Assembly: GCA_965204725.1 (NCBI GenBank)
Contig: OZ242005.1
Span: forward strand, 896,001-960,000
DNA: 64,000 bases
From: Candidatus Latescibacterota bacterium
Lineage (GTDB): Bacteria > Latescibacterota > UBA2968 > UBA8231
Direction: 5' to 3'
This document shows, in pieces, positions 1-9,935 of the stretch (within the stretch, counting starts at the first letter, position 1; every line of letters starts with the position of its first letter). The notes beneath the pieces are model-generated. The model was not told where the DNA came from and did no database searches. It saw only the letters and a list, made by a program, of their open reading frames with translations. Both the position numbers and the translations under genes were made by a program.

Positions 1-1719
1 GGCGGCTCTGGCTTTGCTTGGGACGATGTCGGCGAACTGACGGGGCTTACCACCGACGAATTCGTCCTGCTCCCGGCCGTAGTCGATTCAACGACCAATG
101 CCGTCGAAAACCTCACTCTCAAGCGGCGAGGGGGCGCGATCTCCTCACCGCAGTCGCGTGAGGACCTAACGGGCCTGCTCACCGACGGCAATGCCGAGAC
201 CTTCTGGCGCGTCACCCGCGAGCGCCGCCCCGACGGCACTTCCATGCTCATCGACTTAGGCGCGATCCTGCCGATCAACCGCATTCGCTTTCAGGGCAAC
301 CCCGACATCTTCCTTCGCGCCTATGAGCTTTTTGTTCACGACGGCAACCCCGCGCAACTGCGCGAGGACCGCCCGATTGCCTTCATCAATCAAGTCAGTG
401 CCAACCTCGAACAGAGCGAATCGGAGATCGACGCGCACATCCCCCTCCAGTTTGTGCGGTTCATCCGCCTAATTAGCCGCTCGGGCCAAGAGTTCATCAT
501 CGAGGAAGCCGAGGTCTTTGGCGACGGCTTCGCGCCCACCGGCAGCTATCTCTCCCAAGTCATCGACCTCGGGGAGGCGGCCAACTTCGGCCAACTCCGC
601 TTGCAGACGCGCTCCGACCCCCTGACCAACGTGGTATTGCAAACGCGCACGGGCACGGTGCCCGACCCCAAAATCTACTACCGCAAAACCGAGGTCTTTG
701 AGGGCGAGGATCGGCAGGAAGAGGCTATCTTGCCGATTGGCTCGCCCGAGGCGGCCGACGAATACGACGATCTGACCTCGTCCAACAAGGGCGCGATTAT
801 CGACAATATCGACGAGTGGAGCCCTTGGTCGGCCCCTTATGAGGATTTTTTCGGCGATTTACTGTCCCCGGGCAACCGCCGCTACGTCCAGTTCCGCCTG
901 TTGTTTTCGTCCGAGGACGCGCGCCAGTCGGCCCTTGTCGATTCGTTTTCCTTTGACTATTCGGTGCCGACGCTGGCCGAAGAGCTGACGGCCGAAGTCA
1001 CGCCGGCAACCGTTACCCTCGGCGAGAGCAACACCTTTGACTACTACATCCGCTCGACCTTCGGCCCGGCCAACGACGGGTTCGACCGCGTGGAAATCCG
1101 CACGCCTTTCAAGGCGACGGTCCATAGCGTCGAATTGGACGGGGAGCCGGTGGCCTTTACCGAAGCGGACGCGCAGGACGACAGCCGACTGGCCATCCAA
1201 CTGACGGGCGATCGCGTGACCGAATCGGGGCAGCTTTTGCGCATCCGCTTCGAGGCCATGGTGACCGTCTATGGCACCACGTTTTTCGCCAAGGTTTTCG
1301 ACAGCCAAACCGGCGAACTCGGCCAAGACGTGGTGCCCGGCGACGCCAGCCCTGAAGCCGAGGCCGATCGCTTGTCCATCCAAGGCGCATTGCGCCAAGA
1401 GCTAGTCCTCGAATTGAAGGCCGATCCGCCGGTATTCAGTCCCAACGGCGATGGGATTAACGACCAACTACAAGTATCCTATATCTTGCTGCGCGCCCTC
1501 TCGCAGGTGCCGGCCGACCTCATCGTGTACGACCTCGCCGGCCGGCCGGTGCGACGCCTGCAAAAAAGCGGCGCGCTCAACGGGCCGCAGCACGTGCCTT
1601 GGGACGGCTTGGACGAGAGCGGCGGCATCGCGCCGCCCGGGCTCTACATCCTGCGGCTTTCCATTGATACGGATACCGGCTCTGAAGACCGGTCGCTGCT
1701 GGTGGGGCTGGCGTACTGA
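1..1719 (+). CDS. Secreted/surface protein, discoidin-like + Ig-like + C-terminal FlgD-Ig/CHU_C-type domain (5'-truncated by window edge)
   Basis: Frame 1 is open from base 1 (GGSGFAWDDVGEL...) into the listed ORF at 244. It aligns by eye with the paralogue at 4169 (IDLGEAANFG, WSPWSAPY, SPGNRRYVQF). C-terminus FSPNGDGIND...YDLAGRPVRRL...WDGLD. Confidence 0.75.
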   Translation, partial: GGSGFAWDDVGELTGLTTDEFVLLPAVVDSTTNAVENLTLKRRGGAISSPQSREDLTGLLTDGNAETFWRVTRERRPDGTSMLIDLGAILPINRIRFQGNPDIFLRAYELFVHDGNPAQLREDRPIAFINQVSANLEQSESEIDAHIPLQFVRFIRLISRSGQEFIIEEAEVFGDGFAPTGSYLSQVIDLGEAANFGQLRLQTRSDPLTNVVLQTRTGTVPDPKIYYRKTEVFEGEDRQEEAILPIGSPEAADEYDDLTSSNKGAIIDNIDEWSPWSAPYEDFFGDLLSPGNRRYVQFRLLFSSEDARQSALVDSFSFDYSVPTLAEELTAEVTPATVTLGESNTFDYYIRSTFGPANDGFDRVEIRTPFKATVHSVELDGEPVAFTEADAQDDSRLAIQLTGDRVTESGQLLRIRFEAMVTVYGTTFFAKVFDSQTGELGQDVVPGDASPEAEADRLSIQGALRQELVLELKADPPVFSPNGDGINDQLQVSYILLRALSQVPADLIVYDLAGRPVRRLQKSGALNGPQHVPWDGLDESGGIAPPGLYILRLSIDTDTGSEDRSLLVGLAY

Positions 1720-1758
1720 GCGCGGGCCGCAGTTGGGATAGGCTAAGGGAGCACGGCT

Positions 1759-4128
1759 ATGACAATCACTGGCGCGTTATGCCTCGTTATGGCGTTGGGC
1801 AGTTTGGCCTTTGGCGAGCGCGTTTCGTTTGACACCCGCGCCGCGTGGCAGGAGTGGGCGCACCCGGTCGGCGCGGTCGAACTGCAAGCGACCGGCCGCA
1901 TTCAGCCCGTGCCCGTCCGCAAAAACATCAACGCCGTGCGCAACGCTGAGCGCTTTGGCGGCGGCATCCGCCGGGTCGGCAGCAACGCCGGCGACGCCCG
2001 CCTCATCATGGACGGCGACCCGACGACGAGCTGGGCACCCGACCCGGCCGACGGCCTTGAAAACGCGTACATCGAACTCGACTTGGGCCGCTTGGTGACG
2101 GCCTCCGAGATCGTCCTCACGTTTGACGAGGCCGCGCCGCCCTTTGAATTTTTCAACATTCTGCTGTCGAGCGGCGAGAAGTTCTTTACCAACGCCTTAG
2201 TGCCTGTGGAGGGCACCCTCGGATACGGCCTGTCCAAGGGCATTGGCTTCAACGACCGCCACGAGCTCGTCCTCGACCCCCGCCAGCGCACCTTGGGCGT
2301 GAGCGCGGCCGGGTCCGACGACATTGGCGGCGGCTTTGTCGAGGGCACGGTGCGCGAGTTCAAGGAATCTTCGGGCCTCGTCCGCATCATTCGCATTGAG
2401 TTGGCCAAGTTCGTCGAGGGCGCTGGCCTAGCCGAAATCTCGGTCTCCACCATCGGCGACAACATCGCCCTCGGGATCATTGAGCGCGGCGGCAACATCG
2501 AGCTCATCACCGACTTGCAGGCCGTGCTCTCCGGCGGCGAAAACATGGTCGATGGCGATATTGTCACCAACTGGGGCATGCAGACCTACCACCAGACCCA
2601 GACCGGCTTCGACATCTTCAATCGCATCATCTTCGACTTAGGAGCCCATTACTGGATCGACCAAATCCGCATCATCGGCGAGCCGGCCGGTGCCCCGTCG
2701 CGCATTCGCAGCCGCTACGCCAACTTCTTCTGGTATCAGCTCCTCGCTTCCGACGGGTCCATCGCCCCGGACGGCACCCTGAATTTTCACGAGATCGCCT
2801 TTGTGGACGACAGCCCCCTGAACGAGACGACGATCCGCAACTTCGACCACCAATTCAGCTTGCAGAAAATCCGCTACATCAAGCACTACTTCCCGTCCTC
2901 CCGCCACGGCGGCGAGCGCACCGGCACCCACGGCACGTACCGCCTCTTTGCCCTGATTAGCGAGTTCCAGATCTACGGCGAGGGCTTTCCGGCCGAGTTG
3001 CAGCTCACCTCGCCGATCCTCGACCTCGGCCAAGCCAAGGCCCTGACCTCGGTTGAGTGGGACGCCGAAATCCCGCCCGGTACGCGCATTGAGTTGCGCA
3101 GCCGCACCGGCGGCGAAGTCGTTGAGAATGTTCACTACTTCGACAAGAAGGGCAAAGAGATCACCGAGCGGAAATGGAACAAGACGCCCAAGACCCTGCG
3201 CGGGCCGACCAAAACCACGATTTCCGTCGGCTCGGACTGGAGCGTCTGGAGCGATCCGTACGTGACGTCGGGGGCGCTGTTTAGCTCGCCCTCGCCGCGC
3301 CGCTATGTCCGGCTCGACCTGCGCCTGATTTCGGACGATCCCAATGCGGCCCCGGCGATCAACGCCCTGCACTTGAACGCGGAAAACCCCATTGCCCTCC
3401 AAACCCGCGCCGAAGTCTTTCCCAGTATCGTCGAGCCGGGCGTCAAAAAGGATTTTACGTATTTTGTCCTGCCCACCTTTGGCGGGCGCTCGCAGGGCTT
3501 TGACCGCCTGACCATGGTCGCGTCCGTGCCCGTTGATTTTACCAGTCTGAAGTTGGGCGACGAGCCGGTGGAGGCCGCAATCACCGCGGTTGCCGACGGG
3601 TTTGTCGTCGATCTACCGGCCACCGTCCGCCGCTCCGAGCTCATCGAGCTCTCGTTCAGCAGCACCATTTACCAAAACCAGACGCGCTTCGATCTCTTTC
3701 TCGGCAACAGCAACCTCGGCCAAGACGTGCGCCAACTCGTCGACCAAGGCGACGCCAAAGCCGATGTGCCGAGCGAATCCGTGTCAGTGCAACTGCCGGT
3801 CAACGACCTCCTACTCGCCAACGTAGCCCTTTCGACGCCCGTGCTAACGCCCAATGGCGATGGGGTCGGCGACGAGCTGGTCATTGAATTCGACGCGCTC
3901 AAGTTGGTGACGCCGCGCCCCGTGCGGGTCCACATCTACGACCTCGCCGGTCGCAAGGTGCGCGTCCTCGACAGCGGCGCGGGGCTGGCTCGGCGCTACC
4001 GCTTCACTTGGAACGGGCGCGACCACGCCGGGGCGCTCGTGCGGCCGGGGACCTATCTAGCCCAGATCGAAATCGCCGGCGACTCCCAGACCGAGACGGT
4101 GCAGCGGATAGTGCCGGTGGCCTACTGA
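1759..4128 (+). CDS. Secreted protein with discoidin-like domains and C-terminal FlgD-Ig/CHU_C-type domain (paralogue 2)
   Basis: 789 aa, signal-peptide-like N-terminus, RBS AAGGGAG. Motifs MDGDPTTSW...IELDLG, WSVWSDPY...SPSPRRYV, TPNGDGVGD...YDLAGRKVR...WNGRD. Confidence 0.75.
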   Translation: MTITGALCLVMALGSLAFGERVSFDTRAAWQEWAHPVGAVELQATGRIQPVPVRKNINAVRNAERFGGGIRRVGSNAGDARLIMDGDPTTSWAPDPADGLENAYIELDLGRLVTASEIVLTFDEAAPPFEFFNILLSSGEKFFTNALVPVEGTLGYGLSKGIGFNDRHELVLDPRQRTLGVSAAGSDDIGGGFVEGTVREFKESSGLVRIIRIELAKFVEGAGLAEISVSTIGDNIALGIIERGGNIELITDLQAVLSGGENMVDGDIVTNWGMQTYHQTQTGFDIFNRIIFDLGAHYWIDQIRIIGEPAGAPSRIRSRYANFFWYQLLASDGSIAPDGTLNFHEIAFVDDSPLNETTIRNFDHQFSLQKIRYIKHYFPSSRHGGERTGTHGTYRLFALISEFQIYGEGFPAELQLTSPILDLGQAKALTSVEWDAEIPPGTRIELRSRTGGEVVENVHYFDKKGKEITERKWNKTPKTLRGPTKTTISVGSDWSVWSDPYVTSGALFSSPSPRRYVRLDLRLISDDPNAAPAINALHLNAENPIALQTRAEVFPSIVEPGVKKDFTYFVLPTFGGRSQGFDRLTMVASVPVDFTSLKLGDEPVEAAITAVADGFVVDLPATVRRSELIELSFSSTIYQNQTRFDLFLGNSNLGQDVRQLVDQGDAKADVPSESVSVQLPVNDLLLANVALSTPVLTPNGDGVGDELVIEFDALKLVTPRPVRVHIYDLAGRKVRVLDSGAGLARRYRFTWNGRDHAGALVRPGTYLAQIEIAGDSQTETVQRIVPVAY

Positions 4129-4168
4129 GGAAGCCGCTTTTGCCACCTTACAGCAAAGAGGAACAGCG

Positions 4169-5953
4169 ATGACCCGTGCCGCACTCGCATTAGCCTGCCT
4201 AGCGATGGGATACAACACGCCAGCCGCGGCCGCGGAACGGCTCAAAATAGGCGGCGATGGGCTGGAGTGGGAGAGCAACTCGCTCGTGTTCAACGCCCTC
4301 GAAGTCACCGCCGAGGGGGGGCTCTCGCCGTTGGAGGCCGACCCGGAGGAAAACATCCTGCCGCGCATCAAGGAGCTCGGCGGCAGCGCGACCACCTCGG
4401 TGCGCACGGCCGCGGCCCGCTCCAACCAGATACTCAACGAACTCATCGACGGCTCCCACACCACGGGTTGGCGCGTGTACACCAACCCCAACGGGGCCGA
4501 ACTCGAAGTCGATATGGGGGCGATTTTCGTCTTGCAACGCATCCGCCTATTGCGCGGCGTCCTCAACGACGACGAGCGCTCGTTGCGCGGCTACGAGTTC
4601 TACGTCAACGACGGCGATTCGCTCAATTTCGTCGGCGGCAATCCCGTGTACGCGCTCATCGCCCAAGACCGCTCGCACGGCCTGCCCGAGCTGGACTTGA
4701 GCTTCCCGCCGACGCAGGTGCGCTTTTTTAGGCTGCGCAGCACGGGCGAACGCGGCTTCCAAATGGGCGACCTCGAAGTATTCGGCGTGGGCGTCACGCC
4801 CTTTGCCCAGTACATATCCCAAGTCATCGACCTAGGGGAAGCGGCCAACTTCGGGCCGGTTGACGTGTACAGCCGCCTCTACGGCGCGGCCCAAGCGCAA
4901 TTCAGCACCAAGACCGGCTTTGTCGCCACGGACTCGCTCTACTTCCGCCAGACGGGCATTCCCGGGGAATTGGCGGAAGTGGCCCTAGCGGATTTCGATC
5001 GCACGCTCGACCCCTCGTATGCCGGCGTCATTCTCGAAAACGACCGCGACTGGAGCGCGTGGTCCCCGCCCTACGCCGAGTCGGTCCGCTCGTCGATCCA
5101 TTCGCCCGACAACCGGCGCTACCTCCAGTTCCAGTTCAAGCTCCTGTCGAATAGCTTGCTCGACAAAGCCGTCATCGACTCGGTGGTCTTCAACTACACG
5201 GTGCCGGCGCTGGCCGATTCAGTAGTCGCCGAAATCAGCCCGACGACCGCGACCCTCGGGCAGGAGAACGAGTTTACCTATCACCTGCGCTCGGTCGTCT
5301 CGGGCGGCCATCGCGGCTTTGACACCGCCATTATCCACACTCCGTTTGCGGCCCGCGCCACGGGCGTCCGCGTCGATGGCGTGGAGATCGACAACTTCAC
5401 ATCGGAGTTCGCTTCGGGCCGCTTACAGGTCCGCTTCCCGGACGCCCGCATTACCCGCAGTGGGCAAGAAGTCGCCGTGCGCTTCGTCTGCTTGGTAACC
5501 GTCTCGGGCACGGAGTTTCGCGGCGAGGTCGCCGACAGCCAGTCCGATGCGTTTCCGCAGCGCGTCGCTTTTGGCGACGCGGCCGAGGAAGCCGCCGACA
5601 ACACGCTCGTCGTCAGCGCCCGCATCGACGAAGAGCTCTTCACCGGCGTCGCGTTCTCGTCCGCCGTGATCACACCCAATGGCGACCAGATCAACGACCG
5701 GATCACCCTCGACTACATCCTGCTCAAGGCGACCCACGAGGTCGCAGTCGAGGTCGTCGCGTACGACTTGAGCGGTCGGCCGGTGCATCGCCTGTACCAA
5801 GCCCGCGATCGCTCCGGCCCCAACCAAGTGAGTTGGGATGGCCGCGACGACGCCGGGGCCGTGGTGCCGCCGGGTATGTACTTGCTTCGTCTCGAGGCCG
5901 CCACCGACGCCGGCATCGCCACGCAAATGCGGAGCATTGCCGTAGTATATTGA
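4169..5953 (+). CDS. Secreted protein with discoidin-like and C-terminal FlgD-Ig/CHU_C-type domain (paralogue 3)
   Basis: 594 aa, signal peptide (AAA-ER). Same motif series as the first two paralogues (IDLGEAANFG, WSAWSPPY, TPNGDQIND, WDGRD). Confidence 0.75.
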   Translation: MTRAALALACLAMGYNTPAAAAERLKIGGDGLEWESNSLVFNALEVTAEGGLSPLEADPEENILPRIKELGGSATTSVRTAAARSNQILNELIDGSHTTGWRVYTNPNGAELEVDMGAIFVLQRIRLLRGVLNDDERSLRGYEFYVNDGDSLNFVGGNPVYALIAQDRSHGLPELDLSFPPTQVRFFRLRSTGERGFQMGDLEVFGVGVTPFAQYISQVIDLGEAANFGPVDVYSRLYGAAQAQFSTKTGFVATDSLYFRQTGIPGELAEVALADFDRTLDPSYAGVILENDRDWSAWSPPYAESVRSSIHSPDNRRYLQFQFKLLSNSLLDKAVIDSVVFNYTVPALADSVVAEISPTTATLGQENEFTYHLRSVVSGGHRGFDTAIIHTPFAARATGVRVDGVEIDNFTSEFASGRLQVRFPDARITRSGQEVAVRFVCLVTVSGTEFRGEVADSQSDAFPQRVAFGDAAEEAADNTLVVSARIDEELFTGVAFSSAVITPNGDQINDRITLDYILLKATHEVAVEVVAYDLSGRPVHRLYQARDRSGPNQVSWDGRDDAGAVVPPGMYLLRLEAATDAGIATQMRSIAVVY

Positions 5954-5994
5954 TGATCAAAGACCGCTAAAAAACGCTCTAAGGGAGGGTTGTT

Positions 5995-8610
5995 ATGCGC
6001 AAAGTTATGTTCTGGGGGTTGTCTCTGCTGGTTTTAGCCGTTGCGGCGTCCAGCGTCCAAGCGGCGACCCCGGGGCGCGAGCGCGGCGCCACTTCGCAAG
6101 TTCGGATCGAGGGCTTCGACCCGCTGATCCCGACTCTGCGCAAGTGGTACGTGCCGCAAGATCTCTACTACATCTATCATTGGGGAGGCTACAAGTACAC
6201 CAACTACGCCAAGGAACCCTATCAGCGCTACGTTTCCACGCAGCTAGAGGGCACGGGCCAGTACGACATCTTCGGCAACTGGATCACCCGCGGCTGGCGC
6301 ATCTACGAGTGGCGTCAGCAGCAGCCGCTGGCCTTCGGCAGCACGGTCTTCAAAGACGGTCGCTTTAATTCTTGGTTCCAAAACCTAATCGTCGCCGCCG
6401 ACTCCAAGGGCCAGTACTATTCCTCCCTGACCATCGGCGACCGCATCCGCACGACCCTGACCCCGCTGACCTTCAGCCGAGCGCGCTTCAACGGCGTCCA
6501 GTGGGACTTTGCGTCCGACAAGTACGAGGCCACCGTGCTGCTGTCGCGCGTCAATCAGCCCGTGCAGGCCGTCCAAGGGTCCAACCGAGTGCAAGACACG
6601 GACTTCACCAATTTCATTGGCTTGCGCGGCACCGCCCAAGTCGGCGACTTCATGGGCTTAGGGCTAACGTACGTCAATACGAACTTCGGCTCGGCGAGCA
6701 GCAATTTCTCGGAAAACTCGCGCGCCGGCTTGCTGACCAGCAGCCAAAATTCGGGTAATGTCACCGAAATCGTCGTCCGCATCTCCGACGACTCGCCCGG
6801 CGACGCCTCGGGCGCGCTGTTCTTTTCGGCGCGGATGATCGTCGATGGGCAAGAGACCTCGGTCAATCCCACCATTGAGGGCGGCCGCCAGCGCGAAGGC
6901 TTCCTCGAAGCCCTTGAAGAGGCCCCGATCCTCCTCCGCTACCGAGTGCCCGACCCGCTCGTGGTGCAAAAGGTCCGCTTTGCCATGGTGCTCTCCAACG
7001 ACTACCGAGTCGAGATCACCTCCAACTTGCAGACGAACATCAACGGCCAGCCCATTTTCTTGCTGGTCACCCGCGCCGAAGGCAATGTGCGCGACAACAC
7101 CAACCAGCGCGTCGTCCGCTTTGACTATGGGCTGCCCTCGGCCAACCAAATCGCCAGCGTGGACTTGGTCATCGAGGATATATGGGGCTTGGAGGTGCGC
7201 GGCGAATTTGCGCGCAACACCCAGTTTCAGCGCTATCCCAACATCAACATCCAGAAACTGAGCAACCTCAAAAAGAGCGACCGCACGGCCGATGCTTGGT
7301 TCGTCAACGCCACCCGCCGCGCCGGCCGCTACTTTGGCTACGGCGAGGTGTTCAGCATGGACTACGACTACACCACGCGCGGGTACATCACCGACCAAAA
7401 CGATGTCGTGGATTACGAAAACCAGCGGCAGAATTGGTTCGAGTACATCGACGACAACGACGACCAAGACCAACTCGTCGATTGGCCGCGCTTTGGCGGC
7501 AGCGGCGGCGACAACGCCGTCTTCCCCGGCCTCGACGAAAACAACGACCTGCTCTCAGACTTCAACGAAAACTCCAACCTCACCCCAGACTACGAAGAGC
7601 CGTTCTTGCGCCACTACATCGATCCGCCCGATTTCCTCTTTGGCGTCGATATGAACCACAACACCGTGGTCGATCGCTTTGAAAACGACGACGAGGCCGA
7701 CTATCCCTACCGCAAGGGGCATCGCGGCTGGAACGTGTACGGAGGGGCCGAGATTTATCCGGGAATCAATATCACCGTAGGCCGCAATCGCGAATGGCTG
7801 ATCGCCGGCCAAGAGCGGTCAACCGCCGTGTACGGGTTGCTCAGCACTGTGCGAGATGTGGCGCGGACGGGCAAGTTCGAGGCCTTCTACATGCTCAAGT
7901 TCGTGGAAGACGACATTGCCGACAATCTACTGCAATGGGTACAGCGGCCCGGCTCCATTGGCGGCTTGCAGCCTTTTGACGACCCCCTAATCACCCAAAA
8001 CACCATCGTCAATCAGGGCTTTGTCGGCTACAAGTACACCCGCGGCAATTTGACCTTTGTCAACAAGTTTCGCTTCGATCATTTCAAGCAGCGCGACGAA
8101 GCGGCCACCCACCTGCGCGACAGCGCGTTCTTAGGCGTGATCAACAAGGCGGACTATCCCTTTTCCATCGGGCGCAACGTCACCTTGATCCCGCGCTGGA
8201 AAAACATGTGGCGCAAGCGCACCCAGCCGCGCACCGTCCAGCTCGAAATCAACGAGTTGAGCGAAATTTTCTCCCTGTCCGCCGTATTTCCCGTGCTGAC
8301 GAGAAGCCGCATCGAGGTCGGGGTGGAAGCCATTATTTTTCGCAATGCCGAGGCGATTCCAGACCCGCTGCCGCCCGAATACATCGACGACTTCATCGGC
8401 CGGGTGTTCACCGTGCAATACACCAATCGGGTGCAGTATCTAGGATACAGCGTCACCTCCAACGTTGGCTTTCAGCTCAACGACATCAACTTCGCCAATC
8501 TCGCCGACCAAGACGTGAGCAATACCATTGCCTTCATCGAGATCTATGTTGGGCAAGAAGAGGAGCGCTTGGGTGGTCGGCCCGCCGAAAGAAGGGGATG
8601 GAGCTTCTAA
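5995..8610 (+). CDS. Large exported protein, probable outer-membrane beta-barrel with Asp-rich Ca-binding-like loops
   Basis: 871 aa, signal peptide, RBS AGGGAGG, aromatic-rich amphipathic strands, terminal Phe. Loops DDNDDQD, DENNDLLSD, DMNHNTVVD. Confidence 0.55.
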   Translation: MRKVMFWGLSLLVLAVAASSVQAATPGRERGATSQVRIEGFDPLIPTLRKWYVPQDLYYIYHWGGYKYTNYAKEPYQRYVSTQLEGTGQYDIFGNWITRGWRIYEWRQQQPLAFGSTVFKDGRFNSWFQNLIVAADSKGQYYSSLTIGDRIRTTLTPLTFSRARFNGVQWDFASDKYEATVLLSRVNQPVQAVQGSNRVQDTDFTNFIGLRGTAQVGDFMGLGLTYVNTNFGSASSNFSENSRAGLLTSSQNSGNVTEIVVRISDDSPGDASGALFFSARMIVDGQETSVNPTIEGGRQREGFLEALEEAPILLRYRVPDPLVVQKVRFAMVLSNDYRVEITSNLQTNINGQPIFLLVTRAEGNVRDNTNQRVVRFDYGLPSANQIASVDLVIEDIWGLEVRGEFARNTQFQRYPNINIQKLSNLKKSDRTADAWFVNATRRAGRYFGYGEVFSMDYDYTTRGYITDQNDVVDYENQRQNWFEYIDDNDDQDQLVDWPRFGGSGGDNAVFPGLDENNDLLSDFNENSNLTPDYEEPFLRHYIDPPDFLFGVDMNHNTVVDRFENDDEADYPYRKGHRGWNVYGGAEIYPGINITVGRNREWLIAGQERSTAVYGLLSTVRDVARTGKFEAFYMLKFVEDDIADNLLQWVQRPGSIGGLQPFDDPLITQNTIVNQGFVGYKYTRGNLTFVNKFRFDHFKQRDEAATHLRDSAFLGVINKADYPFSIGRNVTLIPRWKNMWRKRTQPRTVQLEINELSEIFSLSAVFPVLTRSRIEVGVEAIIFRNAEAIPDPLPPEYIDDFIGRVFTVQYTNRVQYLGYSVTSNVGFQLNDINFANLADQDVSNTIAFIEIYVGQEEERLGGRPAERRGWSF

Positions 8611-9905
8611 CGCCGCGCACGGCCCTGCTGGCCTTGGGATTGTGGGCTTGCGCCGACGCGCCGGAAGAAAGCGCGCCGGCGGTCTTGGCCCGAGTGGGCG
8701 AAGCCGAGATTAGCGAGCGAGATTTTGCCGCGGCCCTAGCCAAGCTGCCCGCTGGCAGCAAAGCCCAGACCCTCGCCGACTGGCGTCGCCAATTGCAGGC
8801 TCTCATCGACAAGGAGCTCCTGCTGCTCGAAGCGCAAGACCAAGGGCTAGACGAAGCGGTCGTCCGGGCGATGGCGGCTTGGGAGCGCGAGGAGCTCGTC
8901 GAGCAATTGCTCGGGCGCGCGTTGGGCGAGCCGTTGGCCCCTACCGAATCCGAACTCGAAGCATTTTTCGCCGAATCGGGCGCGGCCCGCGAAATTCGCC
9001 TGCGTCGCTTGCCCGTGCGCGACCGGGCCGCGGCCCTAGCGGTGCTCAGCAAGGCCCAGCAAGGGGAGGATTTGCCCGGGGCGTGGAGCGAGAGCGGGTG
9101 GCTCAACGCGCTCAACGCCGGCGACGCGCGCATGGCCGCCCTGTTCCTACAGGAAGTGGGGGCCGTCGAGTTGGTGGAAACCGACGGGCGCTACTCGATA
9201 ATCGCCGTTGCGGCCGAGCGCGAAGTCTCGCTGGCAGACCGCCGCCCGCTCGCAGAAGCGGCTCTAACTCGGCGCAAGAAGCAACAGGCGAACTTGGCTT
9301 ACTTAGAGCAGTTGACGAGCCAGTACGCGGTGCAGTTAGACACGGCCGGGTTGCGGCAGGTCGCCGCGGGCGAGGCTGGCCCACAGGTGCGCTTGGTCCG
9401 CAGCACGGCGGGCGATTGGAGCGCGGCCGACTACCAGCAAGCCCTCGTGCGGCTCGGGGCCGCGGCCGAGCCGCTACCGGCCGATGTCAGTGCCCTCGGG
9501 TTCAAGGTGACGCGGGCCTTTGTCGCCGACCAGCTTCTGCCGCAGGAGGCGCGCAAGCACGAAGTGTACGCCGAGTTGGAGCCGCGCCGCGCCCAAGTCC
9601 GCCAACAAAAGTTGATCCAAGCCTTATGGGAGCGAGAAATTTTCGCGCACATCGAAATCGACCCCGCGCAGGTGCGCGCCTTTTACGAGGCCAACCCGCA
9701 ACGCTACGCCCGCTCGGGCGCATTCGGCCGGCAACTGCAAGTACGCGTCGCCCGCGATTTGCGCGACGCCCAAGCCGCGCCCCTGTTCGATCGCTACATC
9801 GAGCAGTTGCGCGCCAAATACGCTACGGTCGTCGCGGTGGAAGAAGGGCCGTTGGGAGAATTTGTCTCCCGCCAGCGACAGGCTGCCAACCCCGTCGAGC
9901 TATGA
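8598..9905 (+). CDS. SurA/PrsA-like chaperone lipoprotein (degenerate peptidyl-prolyl isomerase type)
   Basis: Likely start ATG 8598 (MELLTPRTALLALGLWAC, lipobox-like), overlapping the upstream stop. VLARVGEAEISERDF...LIDKELLLLEA resembles SurA N-domains. Confidence 0.6.
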   Translation: MELLTPRTALLALGLWACADAPEESAPAVLARVGEAEISERDFAAALAKLPAGSKAQTLADWRRQLQALIDKELLLLEAQDQGLDEAVVRAMAAWEREELVEQLLGRALGEPLAPTESELEAFFAESGAAREIRLRRLPVRDRAAALAVLSKAQQGEDLPGAWSESGWLNALNAGDARMAALFLQEVGAVELVETDGRYSIIAVAAEREVSLADRRPLAEAALTRRKKQQANLAYLEQLTSQYAVQLDTAGLRQVAAGEAGPQVRLVRSTAGDWSAADYQQALVRLGAAAEPLPADVSALGFKVTRAFVADQLLPQEARKHEVYAELEPRRAQVRQQKLIQALWEREIFAHIEIDPAQVRAFYEANPQRYARSGAFGRQLQVRVARDLRDAQAAPLFDRYIEQLRAKYATVVAVEEGPLGEFVSRQRQAANPVEL

Positions 9906-9935
9906 GCTTGTTCGATCGTTAGAGAGGAGTATTCC

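Noticed and set aside
8208-8597. N-terminal extension of the 565-aa ORF
   Set aside because: It overlaps the upstream gene out of frame; the lipoprotein signal starts at ATG 8598.
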